64,000 bases of DNA. Source: Chloroflexota bacterium. Its GTDB lineage: Bacteria; Chloroflexota; Limnocylindria; Limnocylindrales; CSP1-4. Below, piece after piece: positions 1-9,627 of this stretch (position 1 is its first letter; the number at the start of each line of letters is the position of its first letter). The translations under genes and the position numbers were made by a program. Below the pieces are notes generated by a model. That model was not told where the DNA came from, did not search any database, and saw only the letters and a list, made by a program, of their open reading frames with translations. Location: positions 67 to 64,066 of the forward strand of contig JAJYGH010000026.1 of assembly GCA_021785175.1 (NCBI GenBank), in the 5' to 3' direction.

Positions 1-63
1 GCGCGGACGTCAGCGCGCCGGCCCGGCTCCGGTTCCGGCTCCGGTTCCGGGTACGCTCGCCGA

Positions 64-1107
64 ATGCCGGACCACTCGCCCTCGCCCTCCGTCTCGGACT
101 CGCGGCCGCCGTCACCATCGTGGACACCGTCGCCGCGGTCTCCGACACGCCAGCCGTCCGCGCCACGCGCGGAGCCGCATCCCGAGCCCGCCGCGATGCG
201 CGACCGCCTCCTCGAGTGGTTCGACGCGCACGGACGGTCCCTGCCCGGACGCGACGTGCGGGAGCCCTGGCGCGTGCTCGTGCTCGAGGTCATGTCGCAG
301 CAGACGCAGATCGACCGCTGCCTGAGGGCGAGAGACGAGTTCTGCGAGCGGTTCCCCATCCCGGCTGCGCTCGCCGCCGCGACGCCCGCCGACGCCCTTC
401 GCGCCTGGGCGGGGCTCGGGTACAACCGGCGAGCCCTCGCGCTGCGCCGGGCCGCCCAGGTCGCCGTCGAGCGCCACGGCGGCACTGTCCCCGCCACGAT
501 CGATGCGCTCGGAGACCTTCCCGGCGTCGGGCCGTACACGGCACGGGCGGTGGCAGCACGCGCCTTCGGGGCCCGCGTCGTGCCGGTCGACGTCAACGTG
601 CGCCGCGTGCTCGCCCGAATCCTCGGGACTTCTTCCGTGAGGTCAATCCAGGCGTACGCCGATGCGCTCGCGCAGGCCCCGGAGGACGGGGCCTCGTCCG
701 GCGTCTTCCCGGGGACGCCGGAGGCTGGCAACAGGACGGGTGGCGCGATCGGGGCCCGCGTCGCCGATGCACTGATGGATCTCGCGGCGTCAGTGTGCCG
801 TCCACGCCACCCGCGCTGCGCCGAGTGCCCGCTCCGGATCGCATGCGTCTCCGCCTTCGCGGAGACGGCGCAGCCGCAGCACGTCCCGGCGGTTCCGGCC
901 GAGAGACCGTTTCCGGAGACGCGCCGGTGGCTGCGCGGGCAGATCCTTCGCGAGCTGCGCGACGCCCCGGCGGGGGCGTGGGTGCCCGTCGAGGGGGAGC
1001 GCGGGTCGCACGGGCACGTGTCGGTGCGCGAGGCCGTGTCGGCGCTGGCGGCCGAGGGGTTCGTGGAGATCGACGCGGAGGGTCGGGCGCGCCTGTCGGA
1101 GACGTGA
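64..1107 (+). CDS. mutY: A/G-specific adenine DNA glycosylase (short form, no C-terminal NUDIX-like domain)
   Basis: Motifs EVMSQQT, WAGLGYNRRA, HhH LPGVGPYTA, PVDVNVRRV and the Fe-S cluster CRPRHPRCAECPLRIAC. TACGCT at 52-57 lies 6 nt before ATG 64. Confidence 0.9.
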   Translation: MPDHSPSPSVSDSRPPSPSWTPSPRSPTRQPSAPRAEPHPEPAAMRDRLLEWFDAHGRSLPGRDVREPWRVLVLEVMSQQTQIDRCLRARDEFCERFPIPAALAAATPADALRAWAGLGYNRRALALRRAAQVAVERHGGTVPATIDALGDLPGVGPYTARAVAARAFGARVVPVDVNVRRVLARILGTSSVRSIQAYADALAQAPEDGASSGVFPGTPEAGNRTGGAIGARVADALMDLAASVCRPRHPRCAECPLRIACVSAFAETAQPQHVPAVPAERPFPETRRWLRGQILRELRDAPAGAWVPVEGERGSHGHVSVREAVSALAAEGFVEIDAEGRARLSET

Positions 1108-1209
1108 CACGGCGCGGGGACGCAGGTGGCGCCCCCGCACACGCGCCCACGACACGTCCCGCCGGCCGCTCCGGCCGTCCCGGGCGGCGCGCCGACGTAC
1201 CCTGTCGCG

Positions 1210-1902
1210 ATGGAAGAGCACGAGCAGGAACAGACGCGCGGGACGATGCGGGACGATGCGACGCGCGACCGGACGGCAGGCCACGATGGCTCGGCCGGGC
1301 ATGCCCACGAGCACGCACACGAGCACCACCACGCGCCCCGCGACGTCGCGACCGAGTACGTGGACGCCATCGCGGACTTCCGCCACCGGCGCGACCGGGC
1401 GTTCGCGGAGGGCGACGACAGCCCCCTGCCCGAGCAGGACAGGGCGTCGTTCCACGGCCTCCGCTACTTCCCGGCCGATCTCCATTACCGCATCGAGGGG
1501 CTGCAGCCGGAGCCGTACGGTGGATCCGAGGCGCCCACGTTCGCCATGCAGACCTCCGACGGCCAGCTCCGGCAGGCGCGCCGCATCGCAACGCTCCGGT
1601 TCGAGCTCCAGGGCCGTCCGCTCGCCCTCCACGCCTACGGCTTCGAGGACTCCGGCGAGGGCGAGTTCTTCGTCCCGTTCCTCGACGCGACGAGCGGCCA
1701 CGAGACGTACGGGGCCGGGCGATACCTCGACCTGGAGGCGGAGGAGGACGGCTCGATCGTCCTGGACTTCAACCTGGCCTACCACCCGCTGTGCGTCTAC
1801 TCGCCGTTCTACTCGTGCCCCCTTCCGCCCTCGGAGAACCGGCTGCCGGTGCGGATCGAGGCCGGCGAGATGATGCCCGAGGGCATCGGCGGCCACCAGT
1901 GA
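1210..1902 (+). CDS. DUF1684 family protein with His-rich N-terminus
   Basis: Motifs GLRYFP, PFLDATSGHETYGAGRYLD, LDFNLAYHPLCVYSPFYSCPLPPSENRL. Start set at ATG 1210 because TACCCT (1198-1203) sits 6 nt upstream. Confidence 0.85.
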   Translation: MEEHEQEQTRGTMRDDATRDRTAGHDGSAGHAHEHAHEHHHAPRDVATEYVDAIADFRHRRDRAFAEGDDSPLPEQDRASFHGLRYFPADLHYRIEGLQPEPYGGSEAPTFAMQTSDGQLRQARRIATLRFELQGRPLALHAYGFEDSGEGEFFVPFLDATSGHETYGAGRYLDLEAEEDGSIVLDFNLAYHPLCVYSPFYSCPLPPSENRLPVRIEAGEMMPEGIGGHQ

Positions 1903-1933
1903 CGGTGAGCGACCGGGCGCGAGCGGCAAGGCG

Positions 1934-2749
1934 GTGAGCGGTCGGCGATCCGTCGGGGCCAACGGTGGGTCGAACGGCCGGGCCTCGGCGAGCCCACCCG
2001 CAGTCGCGCGGGGGCACGCGTCCGCGCTCCCCCTGTCGTACGGGCTGTACCTGGAATCGGGGCCGAAGCGCCGCAAGACCATGGTCCACGTCCTCGACCT
2101 GCTCGGCTGCGTCGCCGTGGGGCCGACGACCGACGACGCGCTGAGTGCGACGCCCGGCGCGATCCGGGCGTTCCGGCGGTTCCTGCACCGCCATGGCGAG
2201 ACGATCGATCCCGACGAGCCGTTCGAGACGCACCTCGTCGAGCACGTGACGGAAGGCGAGTGGCTGGGCAACGGGTCGCCGTACATCGCGTTCGGACCGG
2301 ACCTCGAACCGGCATCCGATGAGGCGATCGACGGGCTCGTGGAGCGCTTCCGCTGGCTGTCCGGCGAACTGGCGGCGTGGGCAGCGACACGGACGGGCAC
2401 CGAGCTCGACCGGAAGCCGGATGGTCCCGGGCGGACCGAACGGGCGATCCTGCTCCACGCGCTCGGGACGACGGGCCCGTACCTCGCCGCGGCGCTCGGG
2501 AGCGCGCCGGGATTCGGCCACGTCTCGGGGGCGGCGGAGCACGGCGAGATGCCCCTCGCCGAGGCCTTCCTCGAGATCGCGGCCCTCGCGAAGGACCGCG
2601 TCGACCGAACGACACCGGAGGAACGGCGGGCCGTGCTCGAACTGCCGGCGGGTCCGCGCACGCTCCGGAAGGCGCTGCGAAGGATGCTGGAGCACGACTG
2701 GGAGCACCTGGCGGAGCTGTCGCACCGGCCGGGCGGGCCCGCCCTGTAG
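1934..2749 (+). CDS. hypothetical protein, HicB-like N-terminal region plus DinB-like C-terminal region
   Basis: N-terminal MVHVLDLLGCVAVGPTTDDAL resembles the HicB fold. C-terminal RTERAILLH...LRRMLEHDWEH resembles the DinB His triad. Start uncertain. Confidence 0.6.
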   Translation: MSGRRSVGANGGSNGRASASPPAVARGHASALPLSYGLYLESGPKRRKTMVHVLDLLGCVAVGPTTDDALSATPGAIRAFRRFLHRHGETIDPDEPFETHLVEHVTEGEWLGNGSPYIAFGPDLEPASDEAIDGLVERFRWLSGELAAWAATRTGTELDRKPDGPGRTERAILLHALGTTGPYLAAALGSAPGFGHVSGAAEHGEMPLAEAFLEIAALAKDRVDRTTPEERRAVLELPAGPRTLRKALRRMLEHDWEHLAELSHRPGGPAL

Positions 2750-2874
2750 CTGCTCGGCCGCCCTCTGGCCGGGTGGCGTTCGGGCGCGGCCCGGAGCATT
2801 GCCGGCGCGACGGGGAGGGGTGACGTGGGTGCCGTGGGGCGCGGCGTCGCCTGGTCGCCTCGTCCGCGCCGGCC

Positions 2875-3318
2875 CTACCGGATGAGGAAGATGCTTCCCA
2901 GCAGGATCGCGAGCACGCCGAGCGTGATCACGACGTAGAGCCGGTCCTCCTCGAGCGCGAAACCGACCACGGAGGCGGCGACGCGGGCGACGGGCGTCGC
3001 GAGGAGCAGCGCGAGCCCGAGCTGGGTGATCGCGGATGGGCGGACCGCGAGCAGGCCGGAGGGCATCGCGCCAAAGTCGGCCAGGTCCGCGGGGCCGGGG
3101 GGACCGCCGATGATCGACGTCCGCCAGCCGAAGATGAGCGCCAGCCCGAACCCCAGCGCGATGACCGCGGCACTGACCGTGATCCCGATCGCGAGCACGT
3201 ACCCCACGATGATCCGGAACGCGTCGGGCGACAGGCGGGAGCCTGCGGGCGTCGCGGCCTGCTCCGGCGCGTCGGGCGGGGCCGGGCTCGGGGCGCGGGT
3301 GGACCGATCGTGACCCAT
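2875..3318 (-). CDS. DUF1634 family membrane protein
   Basis: Motif QLGLALLLATPVARVAASVVGFALEEDRLY; directly downstream of a TauE gene, the usual pairing. Confidence 0.8.
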   Translation of the reverse strand: MGHDRSTRAPSPAPPDAPEQAATPAGSRLSPDAFRIIVGYVLAIGITVSAAVIALGFGLALIFGWRTSIIGGPPGPADLADFGAMPSGLLAVRPSAITQLGLALLLATPVARVAASVVGFALEEDRLYVVITLGVLAILLGSIFLIR

Positions 3319-3326
3319 CGTCGCCC

Positions 3327-4169
3327 TCAGACCTTCAGCCCGAAGCCGCGCGCGAGCATCTCGAGCGCGATGCCCACGACCACCGGCAGGAAGACCCGGC
3401 GGACTCCGGTGTTCGACATGCGGATGAGCATGCGGGCCCCGAGCAGGGCGCCGGCCAGGACGCCGAGCGCGACGGGGGCCGCGATGCTCGCGACCACGTC
3501 GCCCCGGCCGATGTAGATGCCGGCCGACGCCGCCGCCGTGACGCCGATCATGAAGTTGCTCGTCGTCGAGGAGACCTTCATCGGGAGGCGCATCGCGCCG
3601 TCCATCGCCAGCACCTTCAGCACGCCCGACCCGATCCCGAGCAGACCGGAAACGAGTCCGGCGAAACCCATCATGAGGAACCCGAGCGGCACGCGGCGCG
3701 CCTCGTACTTGACTTCACGCCCCAGTCTCGCGTCGGGGTAGCTCGAGGCGAGGCCAAGTCGCGCCGCGAGGCCCGAGGGCTGCACGTCGGGCGGCAGCTC
3801 CTCGCTGAGGCGCCACAGCTGCTGCCCGCCCGAGAGGAGGAGCACCACGCCGAGGACGAAATACAGGAATTGCGGCGACACGATGGTCGTGAGCAGGGCG
3901 CCGAGCACGGCGCCGGACGTCGTGGCGAGCTCGAGGAACATGCCGATGCGCAGGTTCGTGAGCCGGTCGCGCACGTACCCCGCGGCAGCGCCGGAACTCG
4001 TCGCGATGACCGAGACGACGCTTGCCCCGATGGCGTGGCGGATGTCGACGCCGAAGATGACGGTCAGCGCGGGGATGATCAGGATCCCGCCGCCGACACC
4101 TCCGAGAGCGCCGATGACGCCTGCTGCGATGCTGACGGCGAAGAGGCCGATGTCGGCGGAGATGCTCAC
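3327..4169 (-). CDS. sulfite exporter TauE/SafE family protein
   Basis: Motifs GVGGGILIIP, AIGASVVSVIATSSGAA, SGLLGIGSG, MKVSSTTSNFMIGVTA; multi-TM. Start GTG 4169 inferred. Confidence 0.88.
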   Translation of the reverse strand: MSISADIGLFAVSIAAGVIGALGGVGGGILIIPALTVIFGVDIRHAIGASVVSVIATSSGAAAGYVRDRLTNLRIGMFLELATTSGAVLGALLTTIVSPQFLYFVLGVVLLLSGGQQLWRLSEELPPDVQPSGLAARLGLASSYPDARLGREVKYEARRVPLGFLMMGFAGLVSGLLGIGSGVLKVLAMDGAMRLPMKVSSTTSNFMIGVTAAASAGIYIGRGDVVASIAAPVALGVLAGALLGARMLIRMSNTGVRRVFLPVVVGIALEMLARGFGLKV

Positions 4170-4180
4170 CGAGTGAGAGT

Positions 4181-4777
4181 CTAGCCCAGGTCGGCGTGGG
4201 ACCCCTCGGAGCGGGGTGTCCCATCCGCAATCCGCTCCCACCGATGGAACGCGGGGTGTCCGGGACGGACCGCGACGAAGGTCCCGCGGAACGTCGCACA
4301 GCGCTGCCCGCCGGCAACGAGCGTCGATTCGACGGTGGCGCGGTCCTCGCGGACGTCGACGACCCGGGCCTGCAGCGACACCGGTCCGGCGGTCGTCGGC
4401 GTCGGCCGGAACAGCCGGACCTCGTACGACGCCGTGACGGTGGCGGGTACGCCGTCGGCTCCCGTCCTGCGCATGAGCGCCGTCGCCGCCGCCCAGTTGC
4501 TGTGGCAGTCGAGCAGCGCGCCGATGATCCCGCCGTTGAGCGCGCCCGGAAACGCCTCGTAGCGCGCTTCGGGCTGCCACTCGGCGACGACCTCGTTCCC
4601 GCGCTCGAAGCTCCGGAGATGAAGTCCGCCCGGGTTCGCCGGCCCGCAGCCGAAGCAGACGCTCTCGGGGGCCAGCGCCTCCTGCAGGCTGAGCGTCCCG
4701 GACGCCGGGGACCCGTGCTGCATGTCCTCACCTGTCGCTCCCGATGGCACGCTCGCCCTCGCAACGTGGTCACTCAC
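4181..4777 (-). CDS. PaaI family (hotdog-fold) thioesterase
   Basis: Motifs CFGCGPANPGGL and LNGGIIGALLDCH. TAGACT (4789-4784) lies 6 nt before GTG 4777. Confidence 0.8.
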   Translation of the reverse strand: MSDHVARASVPSGATGEDMQHGSPASGTLSLQEALAPESVCFGCGPANPGGLHLRSFERGNEVVAEWQPEARYEAFPGALNGGIIGALLDCHSNWAAATALMRRTGADGVPATVTASYEVRLFRPTPTTAGPVSLQARVVDVREDRATVESTLVAGGQRCATFRGTFVAVRPGHPAFHRWERIADGTPRSEGSHADLG

Positions 4778-4880
4778 GCCGGCAGTCTATCCGCTGCCGG
4801 TTCCGACAACGCCACGCGCAGCATCGGGGCCGGCCGGCTCGCTGGCGGACGCCGATCCACGGTTGCGCTACCGTCCGCGC

Positions 4881-5360
4881 ATGCAGCGTCCCCTCCCCGA
4901 CCTCGGGCCGCGCGGCGAAGGCTACGTGGCGATCCAGAGCGTGCTGTTCCTTGCGATCGCCCTCGCCGGACTCTTCGGGCCGGCATGGAGCGGACGGGCC
5001 CGCGTGGCGACGGCGCTCGTCGGCGTCGCGCTCATCGCCGGCGGCGCGCTCCTCGCGCTCCGCGGCGCGCTCGACCTCGGCAAGAGCCTGACCGTCGTCC
5101 CGAGGCCGCTCGACCGATCGACGCTCGTCCAACGCGGCGCGTACGCACTCGTGCGGCACCCGATCTACGGTGGCCTCGTCGTCGCGTCGGTCGGCTGGGG
5201 GCTCGCAACCGCGTCCCCGCTCGCGCTCGTGGCGGGTCTGGTCCTCGGCGTGTTCTTCGACCTCAAGAGCCGGCGCGAGGAGGGCTGGCTCGAGGAGCGC
5301 TACGCGGACTATCCTGCCTACCGGTCACGCACGCGCCGCCTCATCCCCTGGCTCTACTGA
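4881..5360 (+). CDS. isoprenylcysteine carboxyl methyltransferase (ICMT/PEMT) family membrane protein
   Basis: Motifs LVQRGAYALVRHPIYGG and REEGWLEERYADYPAYRSRTRRLIP. TACCGT (4869-4874) lies 6 nt before ATG 4881. Confidence 0.85.
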   Translation: MQRPLPDLGPRGEGYVAIQSVLFLAIALAGLFGPAWSGRARVATALVGVALIAGGALLALRGALDLGKSLTVVPRPLDRSTLVQRGAYALVRHPIYGGLVVASVGWGLATASPLALVAGLVLGVFFDLKSRREEGWLEERYADYPAYRSRTRRLIPWLY

Positions 5361-5502
5361 CCCGGACCGCAACTGCATCCCCGCCCGTCACGTCGGGCAC
5401 CGGGCCGGGGACGGGCCAGCACGTCCGGGCGCCGCTTGACCCCGGTCCCGCGGGCGGCCGACCGCCTCTCGCGGTCGCACGCGCTCGAACGCAGGAGGTG
5501 CC

Positions 5503-6870
5503 ATGCCGCCCGCCGCCCCATCCGCCGAGGTGCGCGAGTCCGTCGCCGCCGTCGACGCGGTCGCCCCCGGGATCCTCGACGTCGCGCGCGACATCTGGGC
5601 CCACCCGGAGCTGGGCTTCCGGGAGGTCCGGACCGCAGCCGTCGTGGCGGACTGGTTGCGCGCGCTGGGCCTCTCGCCCCGCGAGGGGCTCGCGCTGACC
5701 GGCGTCCGGGCCGATCTCGATCTCGACCGCCCCGGGCCCACCGTCGCGATCCTCGGCGAGCTCGACGCGCTCCCGGTCCCGGACCATCCCGCGGCCGATC
5801 GCGCGACCGGCGCCGCACATGCGTGCGGCCACCACGCCCAGATCGCCCAGATGCTCGGCGTCGCGGCGGCGCTCGTCCGCTCGGATCTTCCGGCCAGGCT
5901 CGCCGGCCGCGTGGCGTTCATCGCGGTCCCGGCCGAGGAGTTCGTCGACCTGGGCTGGCGCCAGGAACAGGCGCGCGCGGGACGGATCGAATTCCTCGGC
6001 GGGAAACCCGAGCTCATCCGGCTGGGGGTCTTCGACGACGTCGACATGGCGATGCTGATCCACGCCTCCTCGTCGCCCGAGGACCGCCGGCTCTCGATCC
6101 CCGCCGGCAGCACCGGTTTCGTTGTCAAGCGCACGCGGTTCCTCGGACGCGCCGCTCACGCCGCCGCGGCACCCGACGAGGGCGTGAACGCGCTCCATGC
6201 CGCCTCGCTCGCACTCACCGCGATCGGGATGCAGCGCGAGACGTTCCGCGACGAGGACCGTGTGCGCGTCCATTCGATCCTGTCCCGGGGCGGCGACGCG
6301 GTGAACGTGGTGCCGGCCGAGACGACCCTCGAGACGCAGGTCCGCGCGGTCGCGCTCGAGGCGATGCAGGCGGCGGCCGGCGTGACCGACCGGTGCCTGC
6401 GGGCCGCGGCGCTCGCGATCGGGACGGGCGTCGAGATCGACACGCTGGCGGGCTACCTGCCGCTCGTCGAGAACCCGGAACTTGCCCGCCGGTTCGCGGC
6501 CTGGGCGCAGGCGATCGTCGGCGAGGAGGGCTGGGCCGAGCGCCCGCCGATCGCGGCCTCGACGGATGCCGGGGACCTCTCGCAGGTCATGCCGCTGATC
6601 CACCCCAGCGCGGGCGGGTTCGGCGGGACGATCCACGGCGCCGCGTTCCACGTCGTCGACGAGAACGCCGCGTACCTCGACCCGACCCGGGCGCTCGTCG
6701 CGACCGTCGTCGACCTGCTCGCGGACGGTGCGGCCGGCGCGCGCAGCGTGCTCGGGTCCTCGCGGCCGAGGCTCTCGATCCCGGAGTACCTCGCGCTCGT
6801 GCGGGGGATGTCCGGAACGGTCCGCTACGAGCCGGACGGGACGCTCGCCGCTGGGCCCTCGCCCGCGTAG
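5503..6870 (+). CDS. M20 family amidohydrolase
   Basis: Motifs HPELGFRE, ELDAL, HACGHH, PAEE, GRAAHA, STDAGD; AGGAGG RBS upstream. Confidence 0.88.
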   Translation: MPPAAPSAEVRESVAAVDAVAPGILDVARDIWAHPELGFREVRTAAVVADWLRALGLSPREGLALTGVRADLDLDRPGPTVAILGELDALPVPDHPAADRATGAAHACGHHAQIAQMLGVAAALVRSDLPARLAGRVAFIAVPAEEFVDLGWRQEQARAGRIEFLGGKPELIRLGVFDDVDMAMLIHASSSPEDRRLSIPAGSTGFVVKRTRFLGRAAHAAAAPDEGVNALHAASLALTAIGMQRETFRDEDRVRVHSILSRGGDAVNVVPAETTLETQVRAVALEAMQAAAGVTDRCLRAAALAIGTGVEIDTLAGYLPLVENPELARRFAAWAQAIVGEEGWAERPPIAASTDAGDLSQVMPLIHPSAGGFGGTIHGAAFHVVDENAAYLDPTRALVATVVDLLADGAAGARSVLGSSRPRLSIPEYLALVRGMSGTVRYEPDGTLAAGPSPA

Positions 6871-7790
6871 CCGATCGCGGCATGGAGGAGGCCGAGGAAC
6901 CGCTCCCGGGACGCGGCCCGCACGACGTCGAGGTTGGCCGCCTGCCCGGTGACCTCCAGCTCGTCCACCATGGTCTGGCCGCGGCCCCACCGGCCGCCGG
7001 TCTCGACGGCGACGAAGCGGCGATCGACGCGCGTGGCCACCGCCGGCTCGATCGCGACGGCCATCGCCATCGGGTCGGGCAGGTCGAAGCCCGACAGCTT
7101 CGTCTGCGTCAGGCAGTACTGGAGCAGGCGCCGCTGGATCGCGACCGCGAACCGCGAGAGATCCGTCCCCAGCGCCTCCATGCGAAGGACCTCGTCCTCG
7201 CCGATCGTGGCGTAGTCGCGGGAGACGTCCCACCCGACCATCGTGATCGGCAACCCGGAGCGGAACACGATGTCCGCCGCCTCCGGGTCGACCCACACGT
7301 TGTACTCCGCGAGCGGCGTCACGTTGCCGGGCAGCGCCCCGGTGCCCGCCATCGCGACGCACCGCCGGACCCTCCGGGCGAACGAGGGGTCGCGGAGGAT
7401 CGCCATCGCCACGTTCGTCAGCGGGCCGAGCGTGACCAGCGTGAGCTCGCCCGGCGACTCGTCGACCGCGCGCAGCAGCACGTCGACAGCGTGCCCCGGC
7501 GCGGGCGTCCTTCCGCGCACCGGGAGCCCGATGTCGCCCATCCCGTCGATCCCGTGCACCTCCTGCGCCGTCTCGAGGGGACGCAGCAGCGGACCGGCCA
7601 TCCCGGCATGGACCGGCACGCGCGCGCCGCACAGCTCCGCGGTGTAGAGCGCGTTCTGCACGCCCTGGTCGAGGGGCACGTTGCCGGCGACGACCGTGAT
7701 CGCCTCGACGGTCACGTCAGGGTTCCGCAGCGCCATCACGAGCGCGACGGCGTCGTCCGACGCGGTGTCAGTGTCGATGAGGAGCCTCAT
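6825..7790 (-). CDS. nucleoside hydrolase (IUNH family), paralog 4
   Basis: Motifs DTDTASDD, VHGIDGMGD, LGPLTN, AEYNVWVDPEAA. The usual LHDP reads LPDP. Confidence 0.9.
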   Translation of the reverse strand: MRLLIDTDTASDDAVALVMALRNPDVTVEAITVVAGNVPLDQGVQNALYTAELCGARVPVHAGMAGPLLRPLETAQEVHGIDGMGDIGLPVRGRTPAPGHAVDVLLRAVDESPGELTLVTLGPLTNVAMAILRDPSFARRVRRCVAMAGTGALPGNVTPLAEYNVWVDPEAADIVFRSGLPITMVGWDVSRDYATIGEDEVLRMEALGTDLSRFAVAIQRRLLQYCLTQTKLSGFDLPDPMAMAVAIEPAVATRVDRRFVAVETGGRWGRGQTMVDELEVTGQAANLDVVRAASRERFLGLLHAAIGYAGEGPAASVPSGS

Positions 7791-7848
7791 CGTGTTCCCT
7801 CCCCCGGTCATGTCCCGGCCCACGCGGTCATGTGCTCGCCCCGCGCGG

Positions 7849-9627
7849 TCATGCGCCTTCGCCCGCGACCGCCCACGCCCTCCGCTCGACGTCGACGAGC
7901 CCGCGGTCGGTCAGCTTGAGCGACGGGCTGACCGGCAGCGCGAGCGTGGAGACGCTCATGAACGCGTTCGCGTGCCGGTACCCCCAGTCGTCGAGCGCGG
8001 CACGCACCGCGCGCGCAGCCGCGGCCACCTGCTCGGGCGGATCCTCGGACATGAGCCCTGCGACGGGCAGCGGCAGGAGTGCGACGACCGCGCCGCCCCG
8101 CGCGACCGCGATCCCGCCACGCGCCCCGACCACGGCCCGGGCAGCCGCCGCCATCGACTCCCTGGACGTGCCGAGCACGAGCAGGTTGTGGGAGTCGTGC
8201 GCGTAGGTCGTCGCGACCGCGCCCTCGGCGAGGTCGAGCCCGACGATCGGCGCGAACGCCTGTCCGGGCGCGGCGCCGTGCCGGTGGATGACGGTCAGCA
8301 ACGCGGCGCCCTCGGGAAGCCGGATTTCCCCGTCGCGCACCTCCACGTCGATGAAGGCGGGCCGCGTCGATGTGTCGACTGCGTTGACGCGGATCGCGAG
8401 CTCGCGACGTGACTCATCCGGCCCACCGGATCGCCACCGGAAGGTCCCGACGTCGGGCGGCGGGATCCGGACGGTGTCGCGGAACGACGTTCCGTCCGAG
8501 ACCGCCGACGCACCCTGCGGCCGATCCCCGACGCCCGCGACGAGCGCGCCCTCCCGCGCGACCACCCTGCCGCCTGCGAGCACCGCATCGACCTCGAACC
8601 CCGCGAGGTCTCGCAGCAGCACGAGGTCGGCCCGCCGGCCGGGCGTCACCGATCCGCGATCGTGCAGCCGCAGCCGCTGCGCCGGCGTGAACGTGATCGC
8701 CCGGAGGGCCTCGAGCGGCGGCATGCCCAGTCCGACCGCCCGGCGCGCCAGGTGGTCGAGGTGGCCACGAGCCACGATCGCATCGGGCGCGACGTCGTCG
8801 GTGACCAGGGAGATCGGCGGCGGAAGCGGCAGGGCGCGCAGCGCCGCGAACAGCTCGCGGGAGAGCGACTTCTCCTGGAGCTGGACGTGCATGCCGAGGC
8901 GCGCCTTCTCGACCACGACCGGCACCGGGTTCTTCGTGTGGTCGGAGTCGATCCCCATCGCCAGGTAGTCGGACAGTTCCGCGCCCGTGAGCCCTGGGCA
9001 GTGGCCGTCGATGATCGCGCCGTGCTCGCGCGCCGCGGCCACGACCTCTGCCACCCGGGCGTCGCCCGACACGACCGCCCGGTAGTCCATGACCTCGCCG
9101 AGGCCGACGACGCCCGGCAGGTCCAGCAGCGCCTCGACGTCGGCGCGGACCAGCTCGGCGCCCGCGACCTCGAACCCAGGGAGCGCGGGCACGCACGAGG
9201 GGACACCGAACAGCATGGTCTGCGCCGTCCGCCGCCCCTCGTCCACCATCCAGCGCAGCCCGTCGGCGCCGCACACGTTGACGATCTCGTGCGGGTCGGC
9301 GAGAACCGTGGTGGTGCCGCGGGGCAGCGTGAGCGCCGCGAACCCCGCCGGCGCGAGGAACGAGCTCTCGACGTGCATGTGAGCGTCGACGAAGCCGGGC
9401 ACGACGAGCAGGCCCCGCGCGTCGATCCGCTCGCGCGCCTCCCGGTGCGTCCCGGGCGGCACGACGGCGGAGATCCGGTCGCCACGGACCGCAACGTCGG
9501 CCGCGAACGTCTCGCCGGTGAGCACCGAGACGACCGAGCCGCCTTCGATGAGCAGATCGTCGATCGGCCGGCCCGCGCGCCCGGTACCGGACCGCGTGCG
9601 GCCGGCGCCGGCTGCTCCGCCGCTCAC
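7849..9627 (-). CDS. adenine deaminase (AdeC) family amidohydrolase
   Basis: Motifs PGFVDAHMHVESS, DPHEI, GLGEVMDY, DGHCPG, LVTDD, YAHDSHN. GTG 9627 overlaps the upstream stop (GTGA). Confidence 0.88.
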   Translation of the reverse strand: MSGGAAGAGRTRSGTGRAGRPIDDLLIEGGSVVSVLTGETFAADVAVRGDRISAVVPPGTHREARERIDARGLLVVPGFVDAHMHVESSFLAPAGFAALTLPRGTTTVLADPHEIVNVCGADGLRWMVDEGRRTAQTMLFGVPSCVPALPGFEVAGAELVRADVEALLDLPGVVGLGEVMDYRAVVSGDARVAEVVAAAREHGAIIDGHCPGLTGAELSDYLAMGIDSDHTKNPVPVVVEKARLGMHVQLQEKSLSRELFAALRALPLPPPISLVTDDVAPDAIVARGHLDHLARRAVGLGMPPLEALRAITFTPAQRLRLHDRGSVTPGRRADLVLLRDLAGFEVDAVLAGGRVVAREGALVAGVGDRPQGASAVSDGTSFRDTVRIPPPDVGTFRWRSGGPDESRRELAIRVNAVDTSTRPAFIDVEVRDGEIRLPEGAALLTVIHRHGAAPGQAFAPIVGLDLAEGAVATTYAHDSHNLLVLGTSRESMAAAARAVVGARGGIAVARGGAVVALLPLPVAGLMSEDPPEQVAAAARAVRAALDDWGYRHANAFMSVSTLALPVSPSLKLTDRGLVDVERRAWAVAGEGA

